DNA of 63,422 nt, counting the filler, from Nemertoderma westbladi (Eukaryota > Animalia > Xenacoelomorpha), in assembly GCA_032718475.1 (NCBI GenBank). It is 3 parts of 3 records of this genome, joined end to end, with 100 filler letters (N's around TTAATTAATTAA, not from the genome) between each part and the next. Parts side by side here need not be neighbours in the genome. Positions count along the whole stretch, not along the records: positions 49,551 to 63,422 come from JAUCBJ010006742.1; 2 more parts are not named here. The stretch is one strand, 5' to 3'. Shown one piece after another: positions 61,992 through 63,422 of this stretch (the stretch's first letter is position 1; every line of letters starts with the position of its first letter). The position numbers and the translations under genes were made by a program. The notes below the pieces were generated by a model, which saw nothing but the letters and a program-made list of their open reading frames with translations, ran no database searches and was not told where the DNA came from.

Positions 61992-63422
61992 GTATGGTCT
62001 ATTCTATTCTATCCTTCGCTTTCCCTATCCCAACCTAGAATGATAAAATATATGACAAGACGCAACCCATACACGAGTGGGACCTTCGGGCAGCTAAAGC
62101 TACAAGCCATCTTAGCAAACAATAATTATAATAACTGGCTAGTTAAGTGAAATTCCTCAAACGACCTCTAGGAGTCATTGGCAACAGCAATTTTGCAGGG
62201 AAAAGCAAAGGAAGTGGCAGATTTCCTTCTAACGACAAGTAAAGCTAGAAATATTTTTTTACAATTTATTAGCTACTGGGACTCTGTGTTCAAGGAACAG
62301 GTAGTTAATTATTGGCTTCCGACACACACAAATATATTTAAATAGGAAAGAAGTCGAAATTATGCCGTTCGTGGCGTATCCATAGTTATAACTTCAGGGA
62401 TAATGACTGTAGAAAGGGTCTAATGCCACGGTTAACAAAAACAGTTTCTATTTATATGGCCATTTCACACTAGCGTAGCGAGGGTAGGGTCCCAGGGTCC
62501 CGGGACCCTACCGTGGAGATTCCAACTTACACTAACTCTGAGAGCATTTTGCCATCGTCAAGTTCCGTTAAATTAAAAAAATTATAATGACAAGTGCAAT
62601 AAACCGAATATTAGAAAATATTCGAAGTTGAAGTTGCTTTGGAAAGGAGCCCGACCCCAGACCAGATACAATCCACATTATCCCAGGCAGGTTGCCAAAG
62701 AAAATAAGTAGTAGAAAGGAGACCATATACCCCATCAAAGTGTTGTAGCCAGGCCTCCAGCCACACTACCAATAATTCCCTCAGGCACCCCCCCCCCCCC
62801 CCCCCCCCCCGCCCCCATGATAAGGCATCATAATATCATACAATGTTCTTAGAAAGCCAGCTTATTACTTAGGCCTATATTATATAATCTCTCAACCAGT
62901 TTAATAGTCTGTAATGTAAAGCAATGAAATGGAGCCCAATTGACCACTGCAGGGGGGCGCCCACTGGCTCCTGCCTTGGTTTCTGTGCTTTGATTAGACG
63001 ACGTCGCTGTGCCTTGCCTGTCAAGCAGGGTTCAATATATACCAATGAAAGATAGCATAAATAAGATAGGCACTCTGACTCTGATGTAATATAATGAATT
63101 ATGTAATTTTTTCTGGGTACACTGACCAACGTGATTGGATATTGCGTAGCTTGTCTTGCCGAGTCACAACTAAATAACCTGTGGGTGGCTATGTATTTTA
63201 ATTCAATATTATTATTAATACCATGAAAATTACTTTGAAATGTAATTAATTAGAACATTGATTTTTTTTAACAAAAAAACGTTTTTTTTTTTTACTTTCA
63301 ATAAATCAAAAAAGTGTATTTAATATGTACCGGTACCATAATTAGTTCAATTTCAAAATGTGGCAGTTTATAAAATAATATACCATGGTGTGGGGTGGGG
63401 GATTGTTTCATTATCATTCATT

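Noticed and set aside
1-63422. tRNA, rRNA or prokaryotic operons/defence systems
   Set aside because: No recognisable RNA gene; content is spliced metazoan genes and eukaryotic transposons. A tRNAscan/Infernal run would be needed to exclude small RNAs.

Overview
AT-rich animal (probably invertebrate) genomic DNA. It is three segments (1-24724, 24825-49450, 49551-63422) joined by artificial 100-bp linkers (44 N + TTAATTAATTAA + 44 N), so adjacency across the linkers is unproven. Segment 1 holds a near full-length CR1/L2-group LINE. Its ORF1 is split by a 13.8-kb CACTA/EnSpm (CMC) transposon (2-bp TT target duplication, intact transposase plus accessory ORF). That transposon carries a MULE-like element with a 9-bp TSD, and a foldback element with ~1.4-kb arms sits inside one of the MULE-like element's TIRs. 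Removing the CACTA restores ORF1 in frame. ORF1 and ORF2 are then in one frame, separated only by TGA-CAA-TTA, a canonical CARYYA stop-codon readthrough context; this is the top finding. Next come a zinc-finger/acidic ORF beside a possible Maverick terminus and an intronless FERM+TM gene. Segment 2 has MITEs, degraded CR1 copies, the first coding exon of a polybromo-1-like gene and a >15-kb 37-bp satellite. Segment 3 has a degraded intronless DDX1 5' fragment that the ORF track misses, several MITEs, and exons of a PTPRR/STEP-like tyrosine phosphatase. Small TA-flanked insertions (TA-CCGG-TA, TA-GGCC-TA, TA-CAG-TA) occur throughout and look like DNA-transposon excision footprints. All family assignments come from motif recognition by eye; no searches were run.
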